A stretch of 64,000 nucleotides of DNA from Tubulanus polymorphus (Eukaryota > Animalia > Nemertea): NCBI RefSeq assembly GCF_964204645.1, contig NC_134025.1, positions 25,586,299-25,650,298 on the forward strand, read 5' to 3'. The notes under the pieces were generated by a model. It was not told the DNA's origin and searched no databases. It saw nothing but the letters and a program-made list of their open reading frames with translations. Shown here piece by piece: positions 1-11,839 of the stretch. A program made the translations under genes and the position numbers. Each line of letters begins with the position of its first letter. Positions within the stretch are counted from its first letter, which is position 1.

Positions 1-1346
1 GCATCAATAACTGATGAATCTGCCAGATCGCTAAAGACAAAAGAGAGTAGCGCTAACTGAGTCGAACTAGAGTTTACTAGTTGCCGATCGAGAACAAATA
101 GAAGTGCTGCCAGAAAACCAAAGGTCAACAATGGCCAGAACTAGAGTTAACTAGTTGCCGGAGAACAACTCAGGAGAGAAGTTCTGCCGGAAAACCAAAG
201 CGACCAATGGCCAGAACTAGAGTCACACTAGTTGCCGGAGAACAACTCAGGAGAGAAGTTCTGCCGGAAAACCAAAGGTCAACAATGGCCAGAACTAGAG
301 TTAACTAGTTGCCGGAGAACAACTCAGGAGAGAAGTTCTGCCGGAAAACCAAGGCGACAAATGGCCAGAACTAGGGTTAACTAGTTGCCGGAACACAACT
401 ACAGTCCTGCCGGAAGGGTGACCAGTATCACACCACTCAATCTTTTACCCCTAGCAATCCGATAGATTCGACGGTCATTGACGTCACTCAGTACAGACTG
501 TAGGCGGATAATGATGCGAGGCATTGTCGTCCTAGTTTGCGTTCCCTGTATGAGGGCACGTAGGGACATCATTTCCTGGCCGACTCTTACCTGCCGTTCT
601 TGACACGTGACCGGCGAAGGAGAGCCAACGCTTTCGGATATTAGTTTTATTCCATAAAATATCAAAAATCGAGAGAGAAATCGGCCCTGAAATATAGAAC
701 GGATTAAATGCTGAAAAATAGAACGGATTAATTAACACAGAACAGTACAGGACAATACGGAGACGAACAGTAACACATAAAACATAAAGACGTCGTTCCT
801 CAGGAAGCAGGAACAGGAGCAGGAGCGGGAGCGCAGCGAAGATCGCCAGAAGGAGAATCCACAGTAGCATGTTCACAGTGTGAGTAAGCTGAGGTGAATG
901 GCCTATGCTTGTGGTGTACACCGTGGTTAGCCGGTGACGTATTCAATAGCGCGTATGAATGCTATCAACAACTCTGAAAACAAGTAAGTATAGTAGGTCG
1001 CATTCATGGATGCGACGCATTTGTGAATTATCCAGTAATTATTGATCTTTATTCTTAGAGAATGTACGGGGGTGTCCCGGGTTCGAATCCAGTAATAATA
1101 TTGATCTTTATTCTAAGAAGTCCTGATGTTGAATAGAGGAGGGTGTCACTGTGTGTGTCTACACTGAGTGTGTACGCTCAATTTTTCCGGTTTTATGATG
1201 CATTTGGTGGAAACCGAGGGATTTGTTTGCAGAGGTGGACATGCATGATGGTTCCACTTAAGTGGATGGTCGGACCACACGATGGTGCATCTGCATGGTT
1301 AAGTCTTGAAATCAACTACACAGATAATCCGATCCGCTAAGTGACC
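1..1346. mobile_element. Possible transposon-derived (LTR-retroelement-like) non-coding segment
   Basis: Contains the tandem array, short direct repeats (atagaacggattaa at ~693 and ~718; tccagtaat..attgatctttattct at ~1031 and ~1088), and a purine tract gaatagaggaggg (1131-1143) followed directly by TGTCAC (1144), with GTGACC at 1341. No RT or integrase sequence is visible. Confidence 0.3.
63..415. repeat. 77-bp tandem repeat, about 4.5 copies, alternating A/B variants
   Basis: The unit aaaaccaaaggtcaacaatggccagaactagagttaactagttgccggagaacaactcaggagagaagttctgccgg restarts at 114, 191, 268 and 345. A degenerate partial copy lies at 63-113. Each unit contains the inverted repeat aactag-N6-ctagtt. 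Confidence 0.92.
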
Positions 1347-1410
1347 GTATAGTGCTGCCCCTAAGATTCGTCGCCGAGTTTTGTAAAATTCCAGCGTCCA
1401 CGTTATAGCG

Positions 1411-1444
1411 GTTACCAAGATGGTTGACAAGTGTTGCTAAGAAC
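1411..1444. promoter_or_regulatory. RFX X-box-like motifs upstream of PPP1R36
   Basis: GTTACCAAGATGG (1411) and GTTGCTAAGAAC (1433-1444) lie ~80-110 nt upstream of the ATG and resemble the GTTNCYATRGNAAC consensus of ciliary-gene promoters. Confidence 0.4.
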
Positions 1445-1519
1445 GCTAGAATTGACAATATTTTATTACAATACTTTGGAATATGGAATAAGTACCTGGC
1501 CGGCCCTATCAGATTAAAG

Positions 1520-4418
1520 ATGCCAAAACAAGAAGCTGAACAAATAATCGACTGCGTGAGTAATGACTAGGGGTCAATTTTAAAGTTTCGATTTTTAGCT
1601 AATAAAAAAGGGCGTGTGCAAGAAACTGAAAATGAATGAATGCGAACTTTAATTTAAAGTTTTAAAATTTTAGTAGGCCTAGTTAACGGACACGTTAGTA
1701 GAACAACATTTTTAGAACTTTTACTTTAATTGAACTCTTAAATTTTACAATAAAAAAAACTTTCGAGTAAAAAACGATAAAGTAGAGACAGGTGAAAGTT
1801 ACATAGGCCTAAATAGTAAAGCAAGTTGAGTAAGTTGAGGCCTATCATAAACGGAATTTATTTTTTGCGCATCTTCTATTAGCCTTCGATTCCACAAAAT
1901 GGACGATGGATATGGAAAGAAGAATCGAATACACTAGAGTATGTAAGGTAAGTCATAGGCCTCAATATGGGAAGTGTCTATGGAAATCATAGATGATGAC
2001 ATCGCAGCTATAAAGTATTTGCTTTTTTTTTTAAAGTAACAATCCTGGTGCAGATAAACAAGAAAAGAAGAAAAGAGCAAAAGGAGGAACACACTTTCTG
2101 CAGGAGTTTGGATTGAAAATGACAGAAAGGTAGTTAGGATCAAGACTGATATTTGATATTTCATAGATTCACCTTTGCATTTTCAAAATTGAAATTTTCT
2201 CAACAATCTGCTTCCAGAGTAACTCCAAATCTAGCTGGTCGAACGGGGATAGGTTTGCGGGGTGCCAGAGCCGGTTTGCATCGATCTGCAAATCGAGGAA
2301 AACCAAAACCAGGAGAGGAAGAAACAGTTGTTTCTTTACAGAAAGTGAAAGGTGACTGATAATAGTTAATCAGTTGAATAGACCTTGATAAAGTAATTAA
2401 CGTCTATTAGATGGCTCTTATTGATTATCTTTCCTTGCATATTTTAGATGTTGCTTATGATATGCTCGTTGATCTACAGTCAGTCTCACCAGTTTTTGAT
2501 GATCTTTATGAGTAAGTTCAAATGCGGGATTTACTATGATTTCAGTGGTTTTAGTAGCTACAGGTGAACTTCGGTTATTGGAGTTAGTTAGTTGACTATA
2601 GTCAAACTAAGTGAAACAAAATGTCAGTCCAGAAATGATTGACTACGGCATTGAGCATGGTTACATATACTTGGGACCTATTTCTAAGATGGCCGACACT
2701 GTGAAATGCATTACAACTGAACTATAGTGCGTTTGGTCTATATTTCCGACCACTAGTTGACTAGCTACGAAAACCTAAGTTCACCTAGTAATTCTGTGTT
2801 TTCTATTTTTCAGTACGGTTCAATTTGATGAGTTCCTCGTCTACATGCTCAGTTATTATCAATGTTATTTTGAAAAAATCGCGCAGGATAACAAACCCAA
2901 CCCTATGAATATGTAAGTTAGAGCTCAATGTTTTACAGCAGAAAAATCTTAGGATCAACAATTTGGGAACTTATTTATTTTTGCTAGAGAACCTAGTGCA
3001 GCTGAACTGAAGGTCTATGAAGAAATTTGCAACAAACTGGAAGTCGCTCAGAAACAGCTGGGGAAGGCTTACTGTATTCTTATACTAGGATTAGGCCTGG
3101 AACCATATCACCACATGGCATGTGGTTTGTAAGTAGTGTATTTAAAACCTTCGTGCATGATTTCTAAACCCTTGTTATAAAACTTTTACAAAAAGAATTT
3201 TTAATTGTTATTTCAGATCACGGGTTTCTGCTACATATACTGATCGAGATTTGTATGAGGTATAATTTAGGTTCATTAGATTTTATACTGAATTGGATTT
3301 GGAAAATATTCATAATGTCATTAAATGCCTTGTTTATTTCAGACTTTGTACGAATTCATTTCCTATGTTGTGTGGATTACGTTCAGACGAAAAGAATTTG
3401 ATAGTATTAGAAAAGAAGTTGGGCGAATGTTGCGTTCAGACACATTTAATCCGGCTCTACGTGTGAAAAATGCTCCCGAATCGGCCGATGAAAGAAAGCA
3501 TTTGGAGAAGAAAACTGCTGCGCAGCAGAATAATAAAAATACCCCTGCTGAATACAGACGATTACATCCGTAAGTTTGCATTAGAATTTATTAATCTTTG
3601 AATGCAATGTATGATGAATGGAGAAGTACTGAGCATAGGTTCTTTGATTTTTCTAGTAAACGTCCAGCTATCAAAAGTATCATACAGTAAGTTCATAATC
3701 ATTCTTGGTGGTCAGTTTATTGCCCTCGTCTCAAGAAACATACTCATAATCTGACATCCTTCCTACTTTCAGTCAAAGATCCCCAGCACTTGTATCAATA
3801 CTGCCATCTCCAAAAGAGGAAGCTTCGTGGTTGTTTCAAAAGAGATCTGACATGTCAGTAGATTTCGGGTTTCTGTATCAATTTTGAATGGCTTTTCTAC
3901 AAGTTGAGAATTGCATTTTGTCTATCTATTATTTCAGAACAGTACAGGATGATGGAGATCATATTGATGACATCAGAGTCCCAATAAATAGACATGAATT
4001 CAAGTCAGTAAAGCTTTCAACCTGCAGTTTTAATATGTGCTTCATATATACTGTTAAGACATTTCTGTATACTGTACTTTTAGAGCTGGAATTATTGGTG
4101 AACCAATTAGTCAATTTAACCAGCAACTTGCCCCATTAGGAGCGGATATGGAAGATGGTGAAGATGAAGAAGGACAGGGAACTGACAGACGTGGGTCAAG
4201 TATGGATTCACAACTTAAAGCAGGTAAATTCTATGGATCATTCATAATATTGTAATGGCAACAACAATCCCATACTACGCACTGTCAATCATCAGCACTG
4301 TTAAATCCTATGCAGACCTTTAACAATTTCGAATCTTTTTATTGTAGATCTCAGAGCTGGAACTGCCGTTACTCACACGACAACCGAAGCTTGTCTCAGC
4401 GATGAAGAGGATGATTGA
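1520..4418 (+). CDS. PPP1R36: Protein phosphatase 1 regulatory subunit 36-like, multi-exon
   Basis: Spliced translation reads MPKQEAEQIIDC|PSIPQNGRWIWKEESNTLEYV...TLYEFISYVVWITFRRKEFDSIRKEVGRMLRSDTFNPALR...KRPAIKSII..RSPALVSILPSPKE. This matches PPP1R36 motifs (W.WKDETNTLEF, VWI.FRR...EVGRL, KRPAIK...RSP). GT-AG introns; TGA at 4416-4418. Confidence 0.85.
2559..2790. mobile_element. MITE-like insertion in a PPP1R36 intron
   Basis: Imperfect ~30-bp terminal inverted repeats: aggtgaacttcggtt (from 2562) versus aacctaagttcacct (to 2786), with TA at both outer ends. The intron is enlarged relative to its neighbours. Confidence 0.6.
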
Positions 4419-5435
4419 AAATAATGTCGAAAAATTCTTTTAAACATAAATAAATAGATTTATATGTGATTAATTATACACCGTCCAATTATGATGTTTG
4501 ATTTGTATTGATTATGAAGAATCTCCTGTTGTGATATTTTCCCTATAATCTATATTCAAACTATTTCTATTGTGTAAAATAAATCTGTATCGTTTGTTTT
4601 TAAACATGTTATGCATATCGTTTATTAATTAGTTGGTTCCATCATCATCATCATGATAATTTTTGAAGAAAAAGTTTTTTCTCTTTGATGTAGGATTTGT
4701 CTTTAATCGTTTAACGGTCGTCTTGCAGGTGACATCATAGTTCAACCAGTGTTGAGGACTGTTCATACACAACAGATGATAATTAGAGGATTTATAGACT
4801 TTGAGCGTCAGTCATGTCTTTTCTGCGTTCATCTACTGCGTTTTCGACCACCAATATGGTTTAGTCACGTAGAAAAAGCATGTGACCTTTTTGCAGTTGA
4901 TCCTGGTGTCATAATACAGATATTCTGATGTTTTTGATAAACATGTAGGACTATACATAATTGATAAAAGATTATCTAACACAAAAACAAACAAAACGTG
5001 ATTTAATTTGATAACAATATTTAATTTTAGACTTCATCAGTAACAAATCTTCACTTAATGTATACACATAATATTGATAAAACTTTGAAAATAAATAGAA
5101 TACAAATATGGACGGAAGTATTATTATTGATCCAAGCTCAATTCACAGACATGGACATTTAAAATCAAATTTAAGAGGAAGCATTTTCCGGTTCTAACAT
5201 AGATGGAAATATTCATATCGAAATCACTAATGCTTCATAATCACAGCAGTTAATAACATATATAATGATTTAATATTTAGGTTATATAGGTTAAGGCTGT
5301 GTATTTACAGTTTTTGATATGTTGATATATTTGTTACGATCTACTTCCAATACACCCCTAACCTCAAATACATAAAGTGCCCATATCCACAATTGATCAA
5401 AATATCATGAGTCCAAAGTTTAAGAAGAGAATGTT

Positions 5436-8400
5436 CTATTGTACTTGCAACATGGTAGGAGGTTTATCTCGAACGGATATAATTGGTGTACCTGGCTTAC
5501 GACGCATACCAGACTGCGGTTGAGACATAGCTGTTTCATAGGTTTTCTAAAAAGATAGAAGGAAAAATAAGAACCCATCAAACACATTCAAGACTGTTAT
5601 TGTCATTAAAGGAAGATATTATTGACTTACTCTTCGCTGTGTTCTCATTTTAGCATTATAATAGGGCACTGAATCCGGGTTCTCCATCATTAATTCCATT
5701 TGTAAACGGTCAAATTTCTCCCCATCATCTTCCATCTATAATTACAATTCATTAAAGACTTTTATGGCCCCTCTACAAAAGCTAGTCTAAAGTTGTCGCT
5801 GCTGACAAACTACACGTTACCTTACCATTGTTTGGGGTAGTATTCCAGAACGGGTACCGAACCCATGCTCTGCGCTCGTCTGAATATCAGGGTTATCTAA
5901 GAAACTCTCAGAGTACCAATTATCAAATTCTGAAATAAAACAAATTAGACTTTCATTCTCGAGCTCCCTAACTGACAAATGTACTTCAATTGGATATAAT
6001 GCGCATATGGTAGTTATCTTTTCTATACCTTGTATCAGTTTCTGTCTGCATTGATCAACCAATTTCTGACAGTACTGCACTTCAGTTTTAAGGTCTTTTA
6101 GTTCAGCATAGTCTGACTTGTACTGATGTTTCAATTCTTTCAGTTTTTTAATCTCCAAGAATTCCTCTTCAGTAATGATTATTTCTCCATCATCGTTTAG
6201 AAGTATTCCTAAACACAACGGTAAACGAGAACACATATAACAACTACTGATGCTACTGATTGAAAACCTGAATCTAGCGGAACCTACCATTAGCTTCGCG
6301 TTCTTGTTTCAAGGCTTCAAGACGCATTTTACTGTTGTCAATTTCCACTTTTGTGTTATTTATCTGTCTTGCCAGTTGAGAGTATGATTTTTTCTTTGTA
6401 GCAAAAATATCTAAAAGTTGAACAATTACAGTAGAATATACTAACGAGACATCATGAAGCATGCTGCAATCAAATATTCATTTAGACATGAAAACTAACC
6501 TTTATTTTCAGTAAGAATTCTATAAATCTCACTGCCTCGTTCTTGTCTAAACTCTTCAAATGCCGCAGTTCGATTTGGAGGAGTGCTATAAAGAGGAGAC
6601 AGAAAATATCATGCAAACTATCATCCAAACATTGTCTTCCATTTCATCAGTTGGTATATATTGAATTATAGATTACCTTGGTCTCGGAGGTTGTATTACT
6701 GTTCTCTCACCCATTGAACTAGCTGGAGTTGTGGCTTCCATATGCAGTTCTTTTTCGCCTCCAGCAGATGGAGTGTGTGGGGTTGGAGCACCTTCTCCTT
6801 TTTGACTTGCAGGCGGACTGCTCGGACCTTTTGTTCCTAGTGGACTGAAACATTTAAAAGTGTGAAATACATTATGGAGTGAAGAAAGTGTCACAATCTT
6901 ACAATTCGTCAAAATAACCATGCTAAATACCTATTTCTTTCTTTTGACTTTCGCTTCATTTCACGTTTCTTGGCATTAATGACGGAAGTAGGTTCAGCTT
7001 TCGCACCTCTAGGAGCAACACCGACTCCAAAGCTCTGTCTATCAGGTTCACCAACAAATTGTATTTCATCGCCAAGAGTTTCAGCTTTCTGGGAGCCAGC
7101 ACTTATCGCCTGTGCTCTCGCTTGCTCCAACATGCCAGCATACTTCTCACGTACTCTCTCTTCAACTTCTCTCTCAATAGAACTGAAAGAGAAGAAATTC
7201 CATACATCAGTAAGATATTCACAATTGGTTCAAACCCTATGTTAAACGAGGAGAACACTTACTTATAATATTCTTTGAAACATTCAAACACTCCATGTAT
7301 CTGACGTATATTAACAATCTGAAGGAAAAGATAAACCTCTAGCAAACAAGCATATAACGTTAAGGGAATACATCTTATTATCTTGGTTCACAGTGTGAAA
7401 ACAATATTCTTATACATAACAGCAGATTATTCAAACATTTGCACGAATGAATAACTCAAAACTCACATCAATCTCTTCAAGTGTTCCCTCTAAATATCTC
7501 TGCACCTGCTGTTGGATGTCATATTTCTGCTGTTCAGATAACGCTTCATATGTAACTTGACTACGATTATTCTGCAATGAAAAATCGTCAGTTATTTGAT
7601 AAGTGTTTTATCATCAATAGACAAAATCAACGAATACTAATGGTGGAAGAAGCCACAAACATTAAGCTAAAGCATCAATACATGTACATGTACTATAGTG
7701 CTTTCATAAAAACTGTACTTCACCAATGTAAACCAATTACAAAGTGGACAAAACCAGAATACTAAATACACAAAGCACTAAAAAACATGTTGCTCAGACA
7801 ATATACGATCTATTGTGAAACATGCCATTAGTCTGGAAATAAGAAATGTGTACATAATTTGATTTTCAGTGTCTCTTACCACTAACAACTTATTTGAGTT
7901 GGGAGCCTGTAGAAATCAGATATTTATTTTTATGTTTATATCATCTTATCGTGAAACCAAATCATTTCAAAAAGGACAAAATTATCAGTAATGATGATAA
8001 TCATTAGCACTCTAGGACTTATGACTTTTAGATAGATAGTTGACTTACCAGAGTATCATGCATTGCTAGTTCATGCTTCAGTGCATATATTTCCTTTTCT
8101 AACTTTTTTACCATTATCTACAAATGAATATGATAGAGACGACCGTGACAGAATATTCAAAATCCCGTTGTAACATAATATTGAATTCGAAAACTAAGAT
8201 ACTCACCACTGGATCTATATTCTCATTGACGGCTGGTTCACTTCCTACACACATCATCCTTGTTGCAAATCTTAATGTCGAAATCTGGAATGCAAGGATA
8301 TAGGCCTATCTTGCAGAGTTTATGAACTAGTGAGTGTCTTTATTTCGTGTCATTTATATAGGTAGCTTTTGACCCTTAACAACATTGTTTGATACAGTGG

Positions 8401-10124
8401 AACCTCGTTATAGCGAACTCAGATACAACAATTTAACTAATATGAAATTCAATGTATTTCATACTGGATGTAACAAACTATCGGTTATAACAAATATATT
8501 TTCTGGTTCCGTGAAGTTCGCTGTAACGAGGTTCCGCTTTATGAGAAATTCAACACCTACTGTCTCTTCTATTTGCGCTGCTTCTCCCCATATATTAGCG
8601 ACCAGTATTGTACGACAATTGCCTCCGATGGAGTCCTTGAGATAATGAGTCAACTTCGTTTGTCGGAACGGAATGTGCTCTCTGCGTTTATCAGCAAGAG
8701 CAATAATCGTTTGCTCGAGAAACGTCAGAGATTTATTAATGTACATTGCTTCTTGTTGTGTTTTGCCTTCAGACTACAAGACAGGAAAAGTTTCTATTTG
8801 AGCATACTTCAACAAAAAGTAAAATCTAGTCATGTGCAATTAGCAGCTATCAAAAACAAACCTTCGTCTTGCTCAGTCGTTCAGATCCGGCCAAATCAAC
8901 AAAATTTATCTTAGAGATTGTGTATTTAGCATCTGATTGAACTCTTGAACGATTCTGAAAAAAGAAATATGCATGAATTGTAAGACATTTTCAATCACCA
9001 AAAACACCATATATACGGTATGCACCAGGTACACACCTCGATATAAACCGTAAAAATACAGTGTGATCTCGATGAAACTTTGTTGAGTGAATGTTCGGCA
9101 ATAGCTCTATTCATTTCACCCTATAAGAAAGAAAGAAAAATTTATATTGATTTATACAGCGTTTGGCATTAATCTTAGAAGAAATGTTGGAATTGATCTC
9201 ATTTCCATCTAGCCTAACATAAATCTTTGAGGATGCTACAGTGAACACATAATATGTACCTCGAATAAGAGATTCAGAGCATCTTCTTCATTTTGCGCAA
9301 GATGACAGGACAGCCCCTTCACGTATACACCGTGCTGATCCTCTACTACTGCCATTGGCGATATTGGATTATTACTTTCAGGTAACGTGGACAGCAAATC
9401 AAACATTGTCTCGTTATAAATCTCCAAATATGAAACTCTGCAAAACATATAAATCATACAGGTTATGTAAGTTTCCGCTATGTTAGTATTTTACATTTAC
9501 TGATTATATAAGATCCGAAATATACCTGACTGATATCGCACTCTCCGGCCGGTCATCAATTTCTCGGAAGATCTGTGACAACGATCTCGGGATGACTCCA
9601 CGATGTTTATAGTTTTCTGTAGCTCCGGTGACAGTAAACGTTTTACCAGCCCCAGTCTGACCATAGCACATTAACGTTCCTACAAAATTACTAAGTTGTA
9701 GATACCTTTTGCTTTCTATATTAAAGAAAGAAGCTAAAATCATATACTGTGCCCCTACCATTGTAGCCGTCTAAAGCGGCACTAACCATGTCACGAGCAC
9801 ATGTATCTTGAACTTGTTCCTGATTGGCATTGTGAAGGAGTCCGTCCATCTTAAACGACCAATCCAGAATCTGATTGTTCACAACACCTTTCTTCGCATC
9901 TCGTTTGCAATGGATGTTGATCGTCTGCCAAAAATGATTAAATAAAATGTCAGCTAATCTAACTACAGGACTACTGCATTTGACTACAATCTAGAGAATT
10001 AGAGGATGTCAGATATCCGTATACTCACTTTTCCATCTTTTTGGAGGTCGATCATTCCATGCGCAAAGTTTGAAGTCGGTCGAGTTCTCACCCAGACCTT
10101 CACTTTCTTCGTACGTGCACTCAT
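5436..10124 (-). CDS. KIF9: Kinesin-like protein KIF9 (kinesin-9), multi-exon
   Basis: MSARTKKVKVWVRTRPT...GVVNNQILDWSFKMDG...GTLMCYGQTGAGKTFTVTGATENYKHRGVIPR (P-loop), VSYLEIYNETMFDLLSTLP, HIPFRQTKLTHYLKDSIGGNC, then a C-terminal coiled coil with YCQKLVDQCRQKL..EFDNWY. ATG at 10124, TAG at 5436-5438. Confidence 0.95.
7880..7906 (-). CDS. KIF9: Candidate 27-nt cassette microexon of KIF9 (APNSNKLLV)
   Basis: atttctacag|GCTCCCAACTCAAATAAGTTGTTAGTG|gtaaga. Phase 0-0, lying between the exon ending LAMHDTL and the exon starting NNRSQVTY. Confidence 0.65.
8395..8539. mobile_element. Tc1/mariner (pogo/Tigger-like) MITE, 145 bp, in a KIF9 intron
   Basis: TA|CAGTGGAACCTCGTTATAGCGAACT...AGTTCGCTGTAACGAGGTTCCGCTT|TA: ~25-bp imperfect TIRs and a TA target-site duplication. 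Confidence 0.85.
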
Positions 10125-10379
10125 GATTTTCTAAAAGAACAACGCGTAGGATTTCATTTAAAAAAAAACTGGCTCAAAAATATAGAAAAAAGGAAAAGCT
10201 ACAGTTATTTTTAGTTAGGCCTAACCGTTAAAAGACTTTTTAATTATTTACCCTCCTTAGTCTCTCATCGAATTTGTCAATTCTACATACGTTTTAAGCA
10301 AATTTCTTGTAAGTCTTGATGCCTGATATAAAACTAGATCTCTTAATCCCTCTCTGACTCCACCGTTAATTCGTGTATC

Positions 10380-10600
10380 TTAATTTACCGATACATTTCT
10401 TCACTAGAAACAAATCGACCCGGAAGTAAATTCTGTTTACGGGCTGTTGTCAAGTGATGGTTATCCATAAAATGCGGAACTGCATTTAATTCCTTTATGA
10501 ATTCCAAATCCGTGTTTTGCTTGTAACCAAACCCGGAAGTAAATGAAATGTCAAAATATTTTATTTTTTTAACAAAATTTTTTATTTGACATGAAATTCT
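10380..10600. promoter_or_regulatory. Bidirectional KIF9/ALS2 promoter with two ETS (CCGGAAGT) motifs
   Basis: The genes are head to head. ACCCGGAAGTAAA occurs twice (cores at 10420-10427 and 10533-10540). A probable ALS2 non-coding first exon ends at the donor agag|gtaagc (10686/10687). Confidence 0.6.
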
Positions 10601-11839
10601 TCTTCTTCTCCATCGATAACTCTGGAAACTAGAGTAATATCCCTTGAGGAATTAGCTAGTAGATGAAGAGTTAGATATACAGAGAGGTAAGCTGCTTAAC
10701 TGGGGACTCTCTTGACTTGTTCTACTGTTATGCCTTTCAATTTGATGTTGAGGAAGTTGATGATGATGTCGATGATGATGGTTGTTGGTCACAAGTGTCG
10801 CATCACAAGACACATGAGATGACCTCGCACACTCATTACAATTTAGGATGCTGCTGATAGTGACCTCTTCTTTAATTGAAATTCGTTCTGAAGGCCGTAG
10901 TGAGCGGTACCACTTTTTAACTGACCTAGTCTACTAGGCCTACTACTAGACCAAACTTTCACTTTCGGCAATTATCAATATATGGGCCATGGCGATGTAG
11001 CAGCGTGTCTTAAGGGATTTACTTTCATTATGATTGAATATAATTCCTACATTTTGAGTTACTTGTAAATCTATACACACTGGACATAGATTGTCAGATC
11101 AAAAGTGGATTATTGATAGTCATAGTTATCAGCAATCATTATCGAAGATGTACCCTACATCTACTGTTGTGCGATGATATAATGGCTAATTATTTTTGAC
11201 GTTATAATGAGGCCTCAACTTGTGACCCCCTTGAAATGCCTGTACATTTCATTGAGAAAATAAGAAAACTGAGTCAAAATTTGCACATGGTAAAAACTCA
11301 TAGTTCCATATTGATTAGGCTACCATATCAATACTATTAGGCCTATTACAGTTTTGTATCTTTGAATATGCCTATAGGGCCTATCTTGAAGTGTATCCCA
11401 ATTTCACTTTCTATGCTATCTGAGGGCCTGGTTCTCATTAAGCCTACCAAATCAGTCACCTAGGTAAAAATTAAATTTTCACCATGGGCATTTTAGGCCT
11501 GTATCACAGCAGTCAAGATGATCTGAATCACATGCCAATTCATCATAAGACTGCAGTTTTGGTCATGTCGCTGGTGCTATGTGTATATTAGGTAGGCCTA
11601 TTAAAGTATTAGGTCAGGTACACCTCCATTTGGTCTGCAAGTTATTCTACTGGGTCGTTCCAGCAGTCAGATGCTGTTCCTAAAGTGGATTCATTCCTAA
11701 TGCAATCCCAAACAAAGAAAAATCATATCCCTCATGATTGAAAAAAGTGAAGTAATTCTAATGTTGGCTTGTGCTAAAATAATGGTACAATGATCATCGT
11801 GTTTGCAGGCTTATGCTGTAGAAATAAATATACTACAAG

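Noticed and set aside
10-40. CTGATGA with a short stem as a second hammerhead
   Set aside because: The required GAAA box does not follow the stem.
63-415. Tandem array as a possible CRISPR-like locus
   Set aside because: The units are contiguous near-identical repeats without unique spacers, the context is eukaryotic, and no cas genes are present.
532-921. 129-aa hydrophobic minus-strand ORF
   Set aside because: Low-complexity Leu run from a purine-rich plus strand, with no recognisable domain; not called as a gene.
1068-1092. GGTTCGAATCC as a tRNA gene
   Set aside because: Only the B-box/T-loop is present; I could not fold a cloverleaf or find an A-box at suitable spacing.
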